Part shown: positions 9,080 to 18,982 of the stretch, one piece after another | How positions within the stretch are numbered: position 1 is the first letter of the stretch | How the letters are laid out: every line of letters begins with the position of its first letter | Assembly (NCBI GenBank): GCA_023227965.1 | Contig: JALOCA010000001.1 | Location: forward strand, 3,490 to 67,489 | Reading direction: 5' to 3' | Length of the DNA: 64,000 nt | Source of the DNA: Lentimicrobiaceae bacterium | GTDB lineage: Bacteria > Bacteroidota > Bacteroidia > Bacteroidales > JALOCA01 | Translations under genes and position numbers: made by a program | The notes under the pieces: model-generated | The model's input: the letters and a program-made list of their open reading frames with translations, nothing else | Database searches by the model: none | Told to the model about the DNA's origin: nothing

Positions 9080-10162
9080 ATGGGCAGATTTATTACCAAA
9101 CGGCTAATGTACGGTTTACTTGTAGTGTTTGGTGTAATAACCCTTCTTTTTATTCTTTTTAATGTACTTCCCGGCGATCCTGCTCGGATGATGCTCGGGC
9201 AACGTGCCGATATGGCTTCTGTCGAAGCCATTCATCATGATTTAGGATTGGATAAACCACTTACTGCACAATATTTCAATTTTTTAAATGATATTTCTCC
9301 ATTATCGGTACATAATACTTCCGATACAAACAGCTATTGGTACTTAGATACTGCAAAATACCATTCATATATAAAAATTTTGCCCATAGGGAAAACGCAC
9401 ACATTAATTTTAAAAAAACCTTACCTGCGTAGATCATATCAAAGCAAACGCAATGTTTCAGAAATTTTGGCACAGGCATTTCCGGCAACCTTTCTGCTTG
9501 CTGTGGTTGCTATCGTTTTTGCCATCGTTATGGGAATAGGTATTGGAATGCTGTGTGCAATATATAAAAATACAATTTTCGACCGCCTGGCACTAGTTTT
9601 TTCGGTGTTGGGCATGTCGTTGCCTTCGTTTTTTGCGGCAATCTTATTTGCCTGGATTTTTGCTTTTTTACTTACCGATTTTACAGGACTGAATATGTTT
9701 GGAAGTATGTACACCGTTGATGATTTGGGCAATGGCGAATACCTCGACCTGAAAAATCTTATTTTACCGGCTATAACTTTGGGAATACGTCCGCTTGCCA
9801 TAGTTGTAGAATTAACCCGTAGTTCATTGCTTGAAGTTTTGTCGCAGGACTATATACGTACTGCCAAAGCCAAAGGGTTAAGTTATATGAAAATTCTCCT
9901 CGGGCATGCCCTGAAAAACGCTATGAATCCTGTAATTACAGCCATTTCGGGATGGTTTGCCTCTTTGATGGCTGGAGCCGTTTTTGTGGAATATATTTTC
10001 GACTGGAAGGGTGTGGGTGTGGTAATAGTAGATGCACTTGAAAAATATGATTTCCCGGTACTGATGGGTGCCGTGCTTTTTATTTCTATTCTCCTTATTA
10101 TTATTAATATTTTTGTTGACATCATTTATGGTTGGCTTGACCCCAGGGTGAGAATAACATAA
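9080..10162 (+). CDS. ABC transporter permease (Dpp/Opp-type BPD inner-membrane component)
   Basis: The N-terminus FITKRLMYGLLVVFGVITLLFILFNVLPGDPARMMLG is typical of DppB/OppB-type permeases, and the EAA-like loop reads DYIRTAKAKGLS. No partner ATPase or substrate-binding protein is adjacent. Confidence 0.8.
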   Translation: MGRFITKRLMYGLLVVFGVITLLFILFNVLPGDPARMMLGQRADMASVEAIHHDLGLDKPLTAQYFNFLNDISPLSVHNTSDTNSYWYLDTAKYHSYIKILPIGKTHTLILKKPYLRRSYQSKRNVSEILAQAFPATFLLAVVAIVFAIVMGIGIGMLCAIYKNTIFDRLALVFSVLGMSLPSFFAAILFAWIFAFLLTDFTGLNMFGSMYTVDDLGNGEYLDLKNLILPAITLGIRPLAIVVELTRSSLLEVLSQDYIRTAKAKGLSYMKILLGHALKNAMNPVITAISGWFASLMAGAVFVEYIFDWKGVGVVIVDALEKYDFPVLMGAVLFISILLIIINIFVDIIYGWLDPRVRIT

Positions 10163-10216
10163 TTTACATACAGCCAGTTATAAAACTATATTTTTAATAC
10201 ATATACCTGAAAAAAA

Positions 10217-10975
10217 ATGAGAAAAAAAATTGTTGCAGGCAATTGGAAAATGCATAAAACCTTCACTGAAGCCGAAGATTTAATTTTTGAAATTGATGAA
10301 GCCTTGAATAACTTGCCGGAACAAAAAGCTGAAGTAATCCTGTGTATTCCATTTCCTTACCTCGAACTGGCAGTGGATATTGCAATGGATGGGAAATTTT
10401 TTGTGGGGGCACAAAACATACATGATAAAGATTATGGGGCTTATACTGGAGAAATTTCGGCAACTATGCTGCGTTCACTTGATGTGGATTATGTTATCAT
10501 AGGACATTCTGAACGCAGAACTTATTTCCATGAAGACGATGCTTTTTTATATGCAAAGGTGTTGTCGGCTTTAAAAAATGATATTTATCCAATTTTTTGT
10601 TTTGGAGAAATACTTTCCCAGCGTGAAGCAGCCATGCATTTTGAAATAATAAAATCGCAACTCGAAAATACTGTATTTCACCTTTCTTCTGAAGAGTTTT
10701 CTAAAATAATTCTGGCTTATGAACCCGTGTGGGCGATTGGTACCGGTGTTAATGCAAGCCCCGAGCAGGCGCAGGAGATACATGCCTACGTCCGCAAACT
10801 GGTAGCTGAAAAATTTGGAGAAAAAATAGCGGAAGACACAGTCATACTGTATGGAGGCAGTTGCAACCCATCAAATGCGGCTTCTCTTTTTTCGCAAACC
10901 GATGTAGACGGAGGACTGATTGGCGGTGCATCTCTGAAAGCTGATGATTTTGTGAAAATTGTAAACAGTTTTTAA
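10217..10975 (+). CDS. tpiA: Triosephosphate isomerase
   Basis: The motifs VAGNWKMH, IIGHSERR, AYEPVWAIGTG and GGLIGGASL are present, and the length is 252 aa. Confidence 0.95.
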   Translation: MRKKIVAGNWKMHKTFTEAEDLIFEIDEALNNLPEQKAEVILCIPFPYLELAVDIAMDGKFFVGAQNIHDKDYGAYTGEISATMLRSLDVDYVIIGHSERRTYFHEDDAFLYAKVLSALKNDIYPIFCFGEILSQREAAMHFEIIKSQLENTVFHLSSEEFSKIILAYEPVWAIGTGVNASPEQAQEIHAYVRKLVAEKFGEKIAEDTVILYGGSCNPSNAASLFSQTDVDGGLIGGASLKADDFVKIVNSF

Positions 10976-11298
10976 CTATTTATCGGGTGTTGTTTCTCAC
11001 AAAAAAAATAATGTTTTTTTTAGCGTTACAAGTTCTTGCACAAAAGCAAAAATTATTCTACGTTTGCCGTCTTATTGAGAGGGATTTATGTATATATTGA
11101 AAAACTGCGGCAGTTCCCGCATTCCTGAATATGTTCAGCTAAGGGATACTAACTTTACCCTTGTAGCCTATTTTTGTCCCGAAAATACTCTGAAAGCGCT
11201 TACCGGATGCAACATGGTAGGTTGGTACGACCAAATTTCGGAAATTATTCATGATCTGCCTTATGGCAGAATTTATCAACTTGAATATTAAAAATCAT

Positions 11299-12081
11299 AT
11301 GCTTGTAAAAAAGATTGTCTTACTTTCATCCATTTTGTTCCTTTCCTTGGCACTTAGGGCTCAAATAGTACTCGAACATACCTATTTAGGTTATGCAAAC
11401 GTTGTAAACTTAGCTATATCAGGTTATAAATACTCGGTGTTTAATACCCAAAATAACACATTAAAACTGTATAATACCGATCATTCCTTGTGGAAATCTA
11501 TTGCTCTGGATATTCCTTCCGGATATACGTTCAATACGGTGCAAAATATTTCGGAAACTTTGTTTAATTTAGATAATCTTGTTGAGTTTACTTATTCATA
11601 TTACATCACTACTACAAACGTTGTGTATGAAACTAAGGTCGGGAATGAAGAAGGTAACACACTATTAACAATTCCCGGGGCTGTAATGGCTTATGCTGTT
11701 GAATGCGAGGATTTACACGCTAAGCTCCTCGCTTATATTTATGATTATTCTGTTACACCGGTAAATCAGCAAACTAAAGTTTATTCGCTTCCGGGGGAAA
11801 TATTTCCGGTAGATATTCCTTTAAATTCTGGTAAAAATGAAGTATTATTGAATGCTTGCCCTAATCCTGCGCGTAACTATACAAAAATCAGTTACCATTT
11901 TCCTGATGCTAAGCCTGAAGGCGAGCTTATACTGACTGACGGTCAGGGCAGAGTTGTTAAAACTTACCATATTGATAACAATTTCGACAATTTGATAATT
12001 GACACTTCCGGATTTTCTCCCGGAATGTATTTGTATACAATTTCAGGAACCTCTGCCTCGGGTAAATTAATAATTGAATAG
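11299..12081 (+). CDS. Hypothetical secreted protein with T9SS type-A C-terminal sorting domain
   Basis: The signal peptide is MLVKKIVLLSSILFLSLALRAQ (start trimmed). The C-terminus CPNPARNYTKISYHF...GMYLYTISGTSASGKLIIE fits the T9SS CTD pattern. Confidence 0.65.
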   Translation: MLVKKIVLLSSILFLSLALRAQIVLEHTYLGYANVVNLAISGYKYSVFNTQNNTLKLYNTDHSLWKSIALDIPSGYTFNTVQNISETLFNLDNLVEFTYSYYITTTNVVYETKVGNEEGNTLLTIPGAVMAYAVECEDLHAKLLAYIYDYSVTPVNQQTKVYSLPGEIFPVDIPLNSGKNEVLLNACPNPARNYTKISYHFPDAKPEGELILTDGQGRVVKTYHIDNNFDNLIIDTSGFSPGMYLYTISGTSASGKLIIE

Positions 12082-12086
12082 TTAAA

Positions 12087-12758
12087 ATGGAAAATATACC
12101 CATCATTCAACTCGAAAACCTGTCGGTTTATCAAAAAAATGTTATGATATTAACCGGGGTAACCTTTATTGTAAATAAAGGCGAATTCGTTTATCTTATT
12201 GGAAAAACAGGTACAGGGAAAAGCAGCCTGCTACGTACGCTTTACGCTGACTTACCGGTTGTGGATGGGCATGCTGTGGTTGCTGAGTATAATCTGAAGC
12301 TGATAACACCCAAGGAAATACCTTTTTTGCGCCGAAAGCTAGGGATAGTTTTTCAGGATTTTCAACTGCTCACCGACCGGACAGTAAATAAAAACCTTGA
12401 GTTTGTGATGAAAGCTACTGGCTGGGATGACCAAACGATGATGAAACATCGTATGAATGAAGTGCTTGAAAAGGTTGGACTCGAAAATAAAGGATTTAAA
12501 ATGCCTCACCAGTTGTCGGGAGGCGAACAGCAACGCGTTGCCATTGCAAGGGCGTTGATCAACGAACCGGAAGTTATTCTTGCCGATGAGCCTACCGGAA
12601 ATCTTGATCCTGAAACCTCGGAAGGTATTATGGATTTGCTTGTTGCCATTAGTAAAAACGGCAGGGCTGTGATGATGGCTACACATAATTATACATTGTT
12701 CGAGAAATTTCCTGCCCGTACACTCAGATGTGAGTACAGCAAGGTAATACCGCAGTAA
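12087..12758 (+). CDS. ftsE: Cell-division-associated ABC ATPase, FtsE-like
   Basis: Walker [10 protein letters not shown], signature [15 protein letters not shown] and Walker [12 protein letters not shown] are present. The ~223-aa length with no fused permease is typical of FtsE. Confidence 0.75.
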   Translation: MENIPIIQLENLSVYQKNVMILTGVTFIVNKGEFVYLIGKTGTGKSSLLRTLYADLPVVDGHAVVAEYNLKLITPKEIPFLRRKLGIVFQDFQLLTDRTVNKNLEFVMKATGWDDQTMMKHRMNEVLEKVGLENKGFKMPHQLSGGEQQRVAIARALINEPEVILADEPTGNLDPETSEGIMDLLVAISKNGRAVMMATHNYTLFEKFPARTLRCEYSKVIPQ

Positions 12759-12769
12759 TCCCGGAATTT

Positions 12770-13897
12770 TTACCGGTAAACCCATCCGATGAGCCTTCCG
12801 GCATTCTTTTCGTTGGAATATTTTGCTCCAAGCAACTTTTCCCTTTTGGCTATTTCTGAATTATCAAATTCTTTGGCAAACAGTATTTCCAGCTTTTCAA
12901 GCATTTGTGCACCGGTTTCTGCAAGGTAACACAGCGAACTCAGCCCGGTTCCGGAAATCATAGCGGCGTTTACCAGCACGAACCGCCCATTGTAGAGAGT
13001 GTTCAATAGCTTAAGTTTTAAGCCTGTAGCCTGGAAAGTTATCAGGATATTTATATGAGCATCCTTTATCAATGTAAACATGGTTTCATCTGTAGGATTG
13101 GCAACCATTTGAACATTAGAATGTCTGGCTGCTAATTTTTGTAAAAATTCCGGGGGATTTAGACCAGCTACAATAAAAGGGATGGAAGTATTGGCAAAAA
13201 CATTTTTAATAAGAAAAGTAACCGCCCTATAATTTTCGGAAACGGTAAGGTTTCCATGGTACAGGACATATTTTCCTTTTCCAGGTATGTTGTTAAACTG
13301 TTCATTGGGGTGAAAACTGGGAAGATGCTCGACTTGTGAACCGGGAAATTTCTTTCGAAGGTACATCGTATCGTTTTCGGATACGGCGAGCATCAAGCAG
13401 GCATGGCGGAGTGTTTTCTGGTATAATCTTAATTTAATGCTTTCTGTAATTAAAAATAGTTTCTTGATCGCATTTTTTTCTGCCTTGAACAAATAGTAAT
13501 AGTAAATATGTTCTATGTTACTTTCCCTGTAAATTTTTTTTCTTTTTTGCAGTAAAGGATGGCTTATAAAAAAGCAGGAGTGCATTCCCTCGAAAAGTAT
13601 CGGGTGATCGTCTTTAAGTAAATTATTTAACAATGCATCTGATAATCTACTGTTTACGATATAGGGGCGATAATGGAAAGCCGTAAAAACTGAGGTGTTT
13701 CGTGGATAATAATACAACTTGTAGCACCAGTCATTCAATTCTTCGGAATGTGTACGATCATAGGAGAAACAATGCAAAATGGTTTTAACCCCAGCAGCTT
13801 TGAGGGCTTTTAGTTTGTAAAATACATCAATCACTCCTCCGTAATTAGCGGGGTAAGGTATGGTAAATGAAACAATATGTAAGTAAGTATCTTCCAC
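12770..13897 (-). CDS. Glycosyltransferase (GT1/GT4-like)
   Basis: The N-terminus IVSFTIPYPANYGGVIDVFYKLKALKAAGV is characteristic of a Bacteroidota GT-B family. The gene overlaps the upstream GT gene by 1 nt, suggesting an operon. Confidence 0.65.
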   Translation of the reverse strand: MEDTYLHIVSFTIPYPANYGGVIDVFYKLKALKAAGVKTILHCFSYDRTHSEELNDWCYKLYYYPRNTSVFTAFHYRPYIVNSRLSDALLNNLLKDDHPILFEGMHSCFFISHPLLQKRKKIYRESNIEHIYYYYLFKAEKNAIKKLFLITESIKLRLYQKTLRHACLMLAVSENDTMYLRKKFPGSQVEHLPSFHPNEQFNNIPGKGKYVLYHGNLTVSENYRAVTFLIKNVFANTSIPFIVAGLNPPEFLQKLAARHSNVQMVANPTDETMFTLIKDAHINILITFQATGLKLKLLNTLYNGRFVLVNAAMISGTGLSSLCYLAETGAQMLEKLEILFAKEFDNSEIAKREKLLGAKYSNEKNAGRLIGWVYR

Positions 13898-15012
13898 TAC
13901 TTATATTTTGCGTATATTTCCATTGCAATTTTTTCTTCCTCTTCCCAGTTTAAATTATGGGCAGCTTTGGGCAGATTATTTTTCCATCTCTGGTATTCTT
14001 CTGTATTTGTGAGCATAAAGTTAATTTTTTCGGCAATATGCGTAGGCTCATGATTTTCGATGAATGTTCCGATATGATAGTTGCTAATGATTTTTTCTAT
14101 TTCGGGAAGTCGCGATGCAAGCACTGGAACCCCGGCATGGATATAATCGAACAATTTATTGGGCAGGCTGAAACGATAGTTGATATTAGTATCCTTATCC
14201 AAAGTAAGCCCAATGTCGGCATGCAAAGTATAGTGTATCAAACTGTCAAGAGGCTGCTTGGGGATAAAAAGCACTTTATCCTGTAATTTCAGCTTCTGCA
14301 CCTGCTCTTTTAATTTTTCAATAACATCGCCACCTCCAATAATAAGAAGAATAGCATTTTCAACATATTGCATGGCTTCTACAGCTTCCTCGGCTCCCCT
14401 TTGCATGTTGATGCCGGCACCTTGCAGCAAAATAATTTTTTTATTTTCAGGAATACCCAATTCCTGTTTGCTTTTCAAAACGACAGGTTTCAATTGCGGC
14501 GGAATGTTTCGTATAACCTTTATTTTTTTTTTATATTCGTTACGGTACAGTCCGGCAATAGATTCATTTACCGTGATAATATCTGTTAAACGGGGAAAAA
14601 TCCATTTTTCTATTCTTTTCCACACCTGCTGCACCCTTTTGCGGTGAACCAGCTCCGGGGTTTGTGTATAATATTCATGGCTGTCGTACACAAGAGGAAT
14701 ACGCTTCAGTTTGCTGACAAGAAAATTAGGAAGTAAAGTATCCAAATCATTGGATACCAATAATTGTACTTTTTGTGATAGCAGATAGAAAAAGAGCCGG
14801 ATGTTATATTCAGCATAAAAGAACGGACCTTTTTCAAAAAGTAACCGAAATCTGTGGGTGCGATAGTTACGCTTTTCGAGGGTAAGACTGTCGGTTTTGC
14901 GTCTGCCTGCCAACGTAACATCAAATCCTGATTTCAGGAGGGTCTGGCAGGTTTTATCCACCCGACGGTCAGTAACTAAATCATTGGTAACCGATACGAT
15001 GACTTTTTTCAA
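13897..15012 (-). CDS. Glycosyltransferase family 4/1
   Basis: The sequence VIVSVTNDLVTDRRVDKTCQTLLKSGFDVTLAGRR and a C-terminal GT-B half with the E-x7-E-like segment FSLPNKLFDYIHAGVPVLAS support the call. Confidence 0.7.
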   Translation of the reverse strand: MKKVIVSVTNDLVTDRRVDKTCQTLLKSGFDVTLAGRRKTDSLTLEKRNYRTHRFRLLFEKGPFFYAEYNIRLFFYLLSQKVQLLVSNDLDTLLPNFLVSKLKRIPLVYDSHEYYTQTPELVHRKRVQQVWKRIEKWIFPRLTDIITVNESIAGLYRNEYKKKIKVIRNIPPQLKPVVLKSKQELGIPENKKIILLQGAGINMQRGAEEAVEAMQYVENAILLIIGGGDVIEKLKEQVQKLKLQDKVLFIPKQPLDSLIHYTLHADIGLTLDKDTNINYRFSLPNKLFDYIHAGVPVLASRLPEIEKIISNYHIGTFIENHEPTHIAEKINFMLTNTEEYQRWKNNLPKAAHNLNWEEEEKIAMEIYAKYK

Positions 15013-15103
15013 GTAAGGAATGTTTTATCAGCGAAGGTAAAAACTTTTTCAATGTATCTTTGCAAAGATAAAACGTTGCAAGGTCGGAATTAATATTTAG
15101 CAG

Positions 15104-17113
15104 ATGAAGAAACTTAACAGCCTGGTTGTATTTGTCGCCCGGAACCGGAAACTTATTTTTAAAACATTAAAAATTGGTCTGTTGGTTGTTGCCTGCTTAT
15201 TCATTTTCCTGTTTATTTTTCGGAATCCGCTGATACGTTTTGTTGCGGAACGAAAGATAAATTCCTTTAACAAACGGTATAATGCCGAACTTATGGTGGG
15301 TAAGATGGAATGGAAACTACTTTCACAGTTCGAATTGCAAAATATCAGTTTACGTCCACTTCATGGCGATACTTTATTAAAAATTAAACACCTCCAATTT
15401 CGATTAAGTGTGTGGAAGCTACTGCTTGGCAGGATAGCTTTCCATAAATTTGAAATGGAAGATACTTATCTTACCCTGATAAGGCACGATTCCATTACCA
15501 ATTATTCCTTTCTATTGGGTAAGCCTAAAAAAGCAGATACAACGAAAAAATTTATTCCCGCCAGAAATTATGACCTGCGGTTTTACCGGCTTTTTGAAGC
15601 TGCTTTTGATAAGATTCCTTCGACAATGAAAATAAAAAATTTCAATGTGTCGTCAGTTGTGGGTAATTACGAAGTGAGTTTGCAGGTTGAAAATTTTTCG
15701 ATCAACAACAGGATGTTTAAAGTTCCGGTTTGGGTAAGGGAGGAAGGCTACCAAAGCCGGTGGATTGTTGAGGGAAAGTTGGATGCAGGCGAAAGAATTG
15801 CTCATTTTAAATGGTACAGTTTGGGTGCCGGCAAGGTGGTAATACCTTATCTGCAGCATAAATGGAAAGCCGAAGTGGCTTTTGACACCCTTGAATTCAT
15901 GCTTACTGAAAAAAAGTATAGTAATCATATTTTTACTTTTGAAAATACTTCCTCAGTAAAAGGACTTGAGATTTTGAACGATCGCATTTCCACCGAAAAG
16001 GTATTTTTTCAGCATATGTCGCTTAGCGGGATAGTGAATGTGGGGAAAAATTATTTTGAACTGGACAGCGCAACCCATGTTATTTTTAACCAACTGAATT
16101 TTAATCCTTATATTAAGTTACAATTACAACCTACCCGGCAAATTACCCTTAAAATTCACAAAAAGGAGTTTCCCGCTCAGGATTTGTTTTCTTCCTTGCC
16201 CAGGGGGCTTTTTACTAACCTGGAAGGCATACGCACCTCGGGAGGTTTGTCGTATAACCTTGATTTTTTTGTTGATTTAACCCAGCCGGATTCCGTTATT
16301 TTCAATTCGGCACTCAACCGACATGATTTTCATATTGAAAGTTTTGGTAACACTAATTTTACATATATCAACTCTTCTTTTCCCTATACGGCATATGAAA
16401 GGGGAGTACCTGTAAAAACTTTTGCCGTAGGTGCTGAAAACCCCGAATTTCGTACACTGGATCAGATGCCTTCTTACCTGAAAGATGCCGTTATGCTGTC
16501 GGAAGATGGTGAATTTTATTACCACAGGGGCTTTATTCCCGATGCTATCCGCAAATCTATCGCTACCAATATCAAACAAAAACGTTTTGCCCGCGGAGGT
16601 AGCACTATTTCCATGCAATTGGTGAAAAATGTATTTCTAACCCGTAATAAAACCATTGTCCGAAAAGTTGAGGAAGCTTTAATTGTTTGGCTGATAGAAA
16701 ATAACGGATTATGTCTGAAGGACAGAATGTTTGAGGTATATCTCAATATTATTGAATGGGGTCCCCTGATTTATGGCGCACAGGAAGCCGCACAGTATTA
16801 TTTCAATAAAGACGTCGGACAACTTACGCTTTCGGAAGCCATTTACCTGGCTGCCATTATTCCGAGACCCAAATCGTTTAAATATACTTTTGATGAGTTC
16901 GGGCACCTTAAGGAATACCTGCAGGGTTATTATAAGTTGCTTTCCGGTAAAATGCTGCGAAGAGAGATGATTACACAGCAGGAGCATGACGAACTTGTTC
17001 CCGATGTTGAGCTTACCGGGCCTGCAAAATTAATACTTCTGCCGGCTGATAGTCTTGCCCCGGTTAATGACTCTCTTCGGTTCGAAATTAATTATTCAGG
17101 CGACGAATTTTAA
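15104..17113 (+). CDS. Monofunctional peptidoglycan glycosyltransferase (GT51) with long N-terminal membrane-anchored domain
   Basis: GT51 motifs in the C-terminal third: SEDGEFYYHRGF, RGGSTISMQLVKN and RKVEEALIVWLIE. There is an N-terminal TM helix and no transpeptidase domain. Confidence 0.8.
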   Translation: MKKLNSLVVFVARNRKLIFKTLKIGLLVVACLFIFLFIFRNPLIRFVAERKINSFNKRYNAELMVGKMEWKLLSQFELQNISLRPLHGDTLLKIKHLQFRLSVWKLLLGRIAFHKFEMEDTYLTLIRHDSITNYSFLLGKPKKADTTKKFIPARNYDLRFYRLFEAAFDKIPSTMKIKNFNVSSVVGNYEVSLQVENFSINNRMFKVPVWVREEGYQSRWIVEGKLDAGERIAHFKWYSLGAGKVVIPYLQHKWKAEVAFDTLEFMLTEKKYSNHIFTFENTSSVKGLEILNDRISTEKVFFQHMSLSGIVNVGKNYFELDSATHVIFNQLNFNPYIKLQLQPTRQITLKIHKKEFPAQDLFSSLPRGLFTNLEGIRTSGGLSYNLDFFVDLTQPDSVIFNSALNRHDFHIESFGNTNFTYINSSFPYTAYERGVPVKTFAVGAENPEFRTLDQMPSYLKDAVMLSEDGEFYYHRGFIPDAIRKSIATNIKQKRFARGGSTISMQLVKNVFLTRNKTIVRKVEEALIVWLIENNGLCLKDRMFEVYLNIIEWGPLIYGAQEAAQYYFNKDVGQLTLSEAIYLAAIIPRPKSFKYTFDEFGHLKEYLQGYYKLLSGKMLRREMITQQEHDELVPDVELTGPAKLILLPADSLAPVNDSLRFEINYSGDEF

Positions 17114-17196
17114 TTTTTTTTGTAGCCAGCCGAAATTTTTAATTTTTAGATGATGCCTATTCACTGCCGGCATTGTAATGTCTGAAAAATTAACAA

Positions 17197-17748
17197 TCAA
17201 AACGGCCAGAACTGATTGTCGAACCATATTTTTTCCTTCAGTTCTTCATCCAATTCGTGCAGAATTTTATGATGTCCTTTTTCCCATTCAGCTAAAAAGA
17301 GATACATTTCTTTTTCGTGAGGGTCGGTTGTTTCGGCTGCTCTTTTTGAATAGATTTCTATGGCACGGGTTTCCATGTCAATAGCTGCGGAAATAGCTGC
17401 CGCTTCAAATCCTGCCGCACTAATGTTTTTTTTGATAGCATCAGTAAGTACTTGTTCGGGCTCCTGCTCACTACCGTTAGGAACGGGCTTTTCAAATTTT
17501 CCACCTTTGGAAATAGAATTGTATTGCCGCGACAGAAATTCTACATGACTTTGCTCTTCTTCCGCCATCAATCCGAAGAATTTCTTTGTGTTTTCATCTT
17601 TGGTACCTGCAGCCACCTGTTCATAAAATGCTTTTCCCCTGCGTTCTAATAAAATTGCCGTTTTAAGAATGTCTAATGTTTTATTTGTGTTCATATTGCC
17701 GTATGTTATATTTTTAATTAACAAATGGCAAGCCTCTTTTGTTTTCAT
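17197..17748 (-). CDS. Ferritin-like / rubrerythrin-family diiron protein (no rubredoxin domain)
   Basis: Two E...ExxH-type helix pairs are present (ERRGKAFYEQVA...EEEQSHVEFL and METRAIEIY...EWEKGHHKIL). An alternative start at the internal Met (17694) is possible. Confidence 0.6.
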   Translation of the reverse strand: MKTKEACHLLIKNITYGNMNTNKTLDILKTAILLERRGKAFYEQVAAGTKDENTKKFFGLMAEEEQSHVEFLSRQYNSISKGGKFEKPVPNGSEQEPEQVLTDAIKKNISAAGFEAAAISAAIDMETRAIEIYSKRAAETTDPHEKEMYLFLAEWEKGHHKILHELDEELKEKIWFDNQFWPF

Positions 17749-17813
17749 TAAAAATGCAAAAGAATTCTGAACTAATGCAAGAGAAGATAAATATAAAAAA
17801 GCGGTGTGCTATT

Positions 17814-18551
17814 TTACAAACCTTTACTTTTTTCGTTTATTTTTGATTCAATTTCTTTGAGCTGCTCAAACTTACCCACATCAAAAAAATCGTCGCCTGT
17901 ATGGTCGTAAAGGCGGATAGAATAATCTTCGGCAAGACGTAAGTATGTATCAATAATTGAAAAAGTTCCGGTTTCGCTAATCAATGGAAAAATCGCAGGA
18001 GAAAGTACGTGGATACCGCTGAAAGCTAATTTTTTAATAACCGGACTCTTGGAAGTAATTGTTTTTATATGATGATTACGTACGTTTTCCCATCCACACA
18101 ACTCGCCGTTGGCATTTGAATGAAAATACCTTGAAGAAATGCGTTGCTGAACGGCAAGGGTGGCAATCGGGCTATGTTTTACGTGAAAATCTATGAGTTT
18201 ATCTAAGTTTATAGATGTTATTATATCAACATTGTGAAGTATGAAAGGTTCGTTGCCAGTGAAAAACCATGAGGCATTGAGTAAACCTCCGCCAGTATCA
18301 AGCAACTGGTTTCGCTCATCGGAAATGGCAATCTGCACTCCCGGAAATTTTTTGTTTTCGATAAACTCAATAACCTGTTTGCCAAAATGGTGTATGTTTA
18401 TAATAATTGCATCCACCCCATAATTTGCCAGGTTGAGAATGGCACGTTCGAGCAGGCTAATGCCTCCGATTTCTATCAGGGCTTTGGGTTTGGTAAGGGT
18501 AAGCGGTTGCAGGCGTGTACCCAGACCGGCAGCAAGGAGCATGGCTTTCAT
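17814..18551 (-). CDS. Sugar-1-phosphate nucleotidyltransferase, MurU-like
   Basis: The N-terminus MKAMLLAAGLGTRLQPLTLTKPKALIEIGG is the NTP-transferase G-rich loop. Length is 245 aa, and the gene is co-oriented two genes downstream of an AmgK-like kinase. Confidence 0.7.
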   Translation of the reverse strand: MKAMLLAAGLGTRLQPLTLTKPKALIEIGGISLLERAILNLANYGVDAIIINIHHFGKQVIEFIENKKFPGVQIAISDERNQLLDTGGGLLNASWFFTGNEPFILHNVDIITSINLDKLIDFHVKHSPIATLAVQQRISSRYFHSNANGELCGWENVRNHHIKTITSKSPVIKKLAFSGIHVLSPAIFPLISETGTFSIIDTYLRLAEDYSIRLYDHTGDDFFDVGKFEQLKEIESKINEKSKGL

Positions 18552-18574
18552 GAGGTTGCTAATTATTAATCAGG

Positions 18575-18937
18575 TTATTGCTTGTTTGAATTTTGCTGGC
18601 TGAAATACATACGGGTTACAACTTTTTGCATTTCACGACGGATGATAAGTTCAGCCATTATTTCGTGTTTTTGGAAATCCGGAAAGTTTTTTTCTGCTTC
18701 TGAAAATGCGTTTTCATCCACATCAATCTGGTAAAGCAGTGACATCACCCTTCCGAAATCGCAGGCGACCAAATTGGCAAGTTGCATGCAAAGCTGTTGG
18801 TAAAGCTCGGAGTATGCAAAATATGTTTCGCCTGCAAAATGTATTTCAAGATCATATTTTCCAAAATCTTTCTGAATCTGCAGGGCAGTATCCCACATAA
18901 TTTTTTGGTTTATCCGGTAAGGTTCAATATCAAACAT
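18575..18937 (-). CDS. Hypothetical protein (120 aa) between the kinase and the nucleotidyltransferase
   Basis: A clean ORF fills the gap in the same-strand operon (23-nt and 45-nt spacers). I recognise no motif. Confidence 0.45.
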   Translation of the reverse strand: MFDIEPYRINQKIMWDTALQIQKDFGKYDLEIHFAGETYFAYSELYQQLCMQLANLVACDFGRVMSLLYQIDVDENAFSEAEKNFPDFQKHEIMAELIIRREMQKVVTRMYFSQQNSNKQ

Positions 18938-18982
18938 GGTATTTAATTCATCTTTTTAACGGGCATTTTTTTGTGCAGGGTT

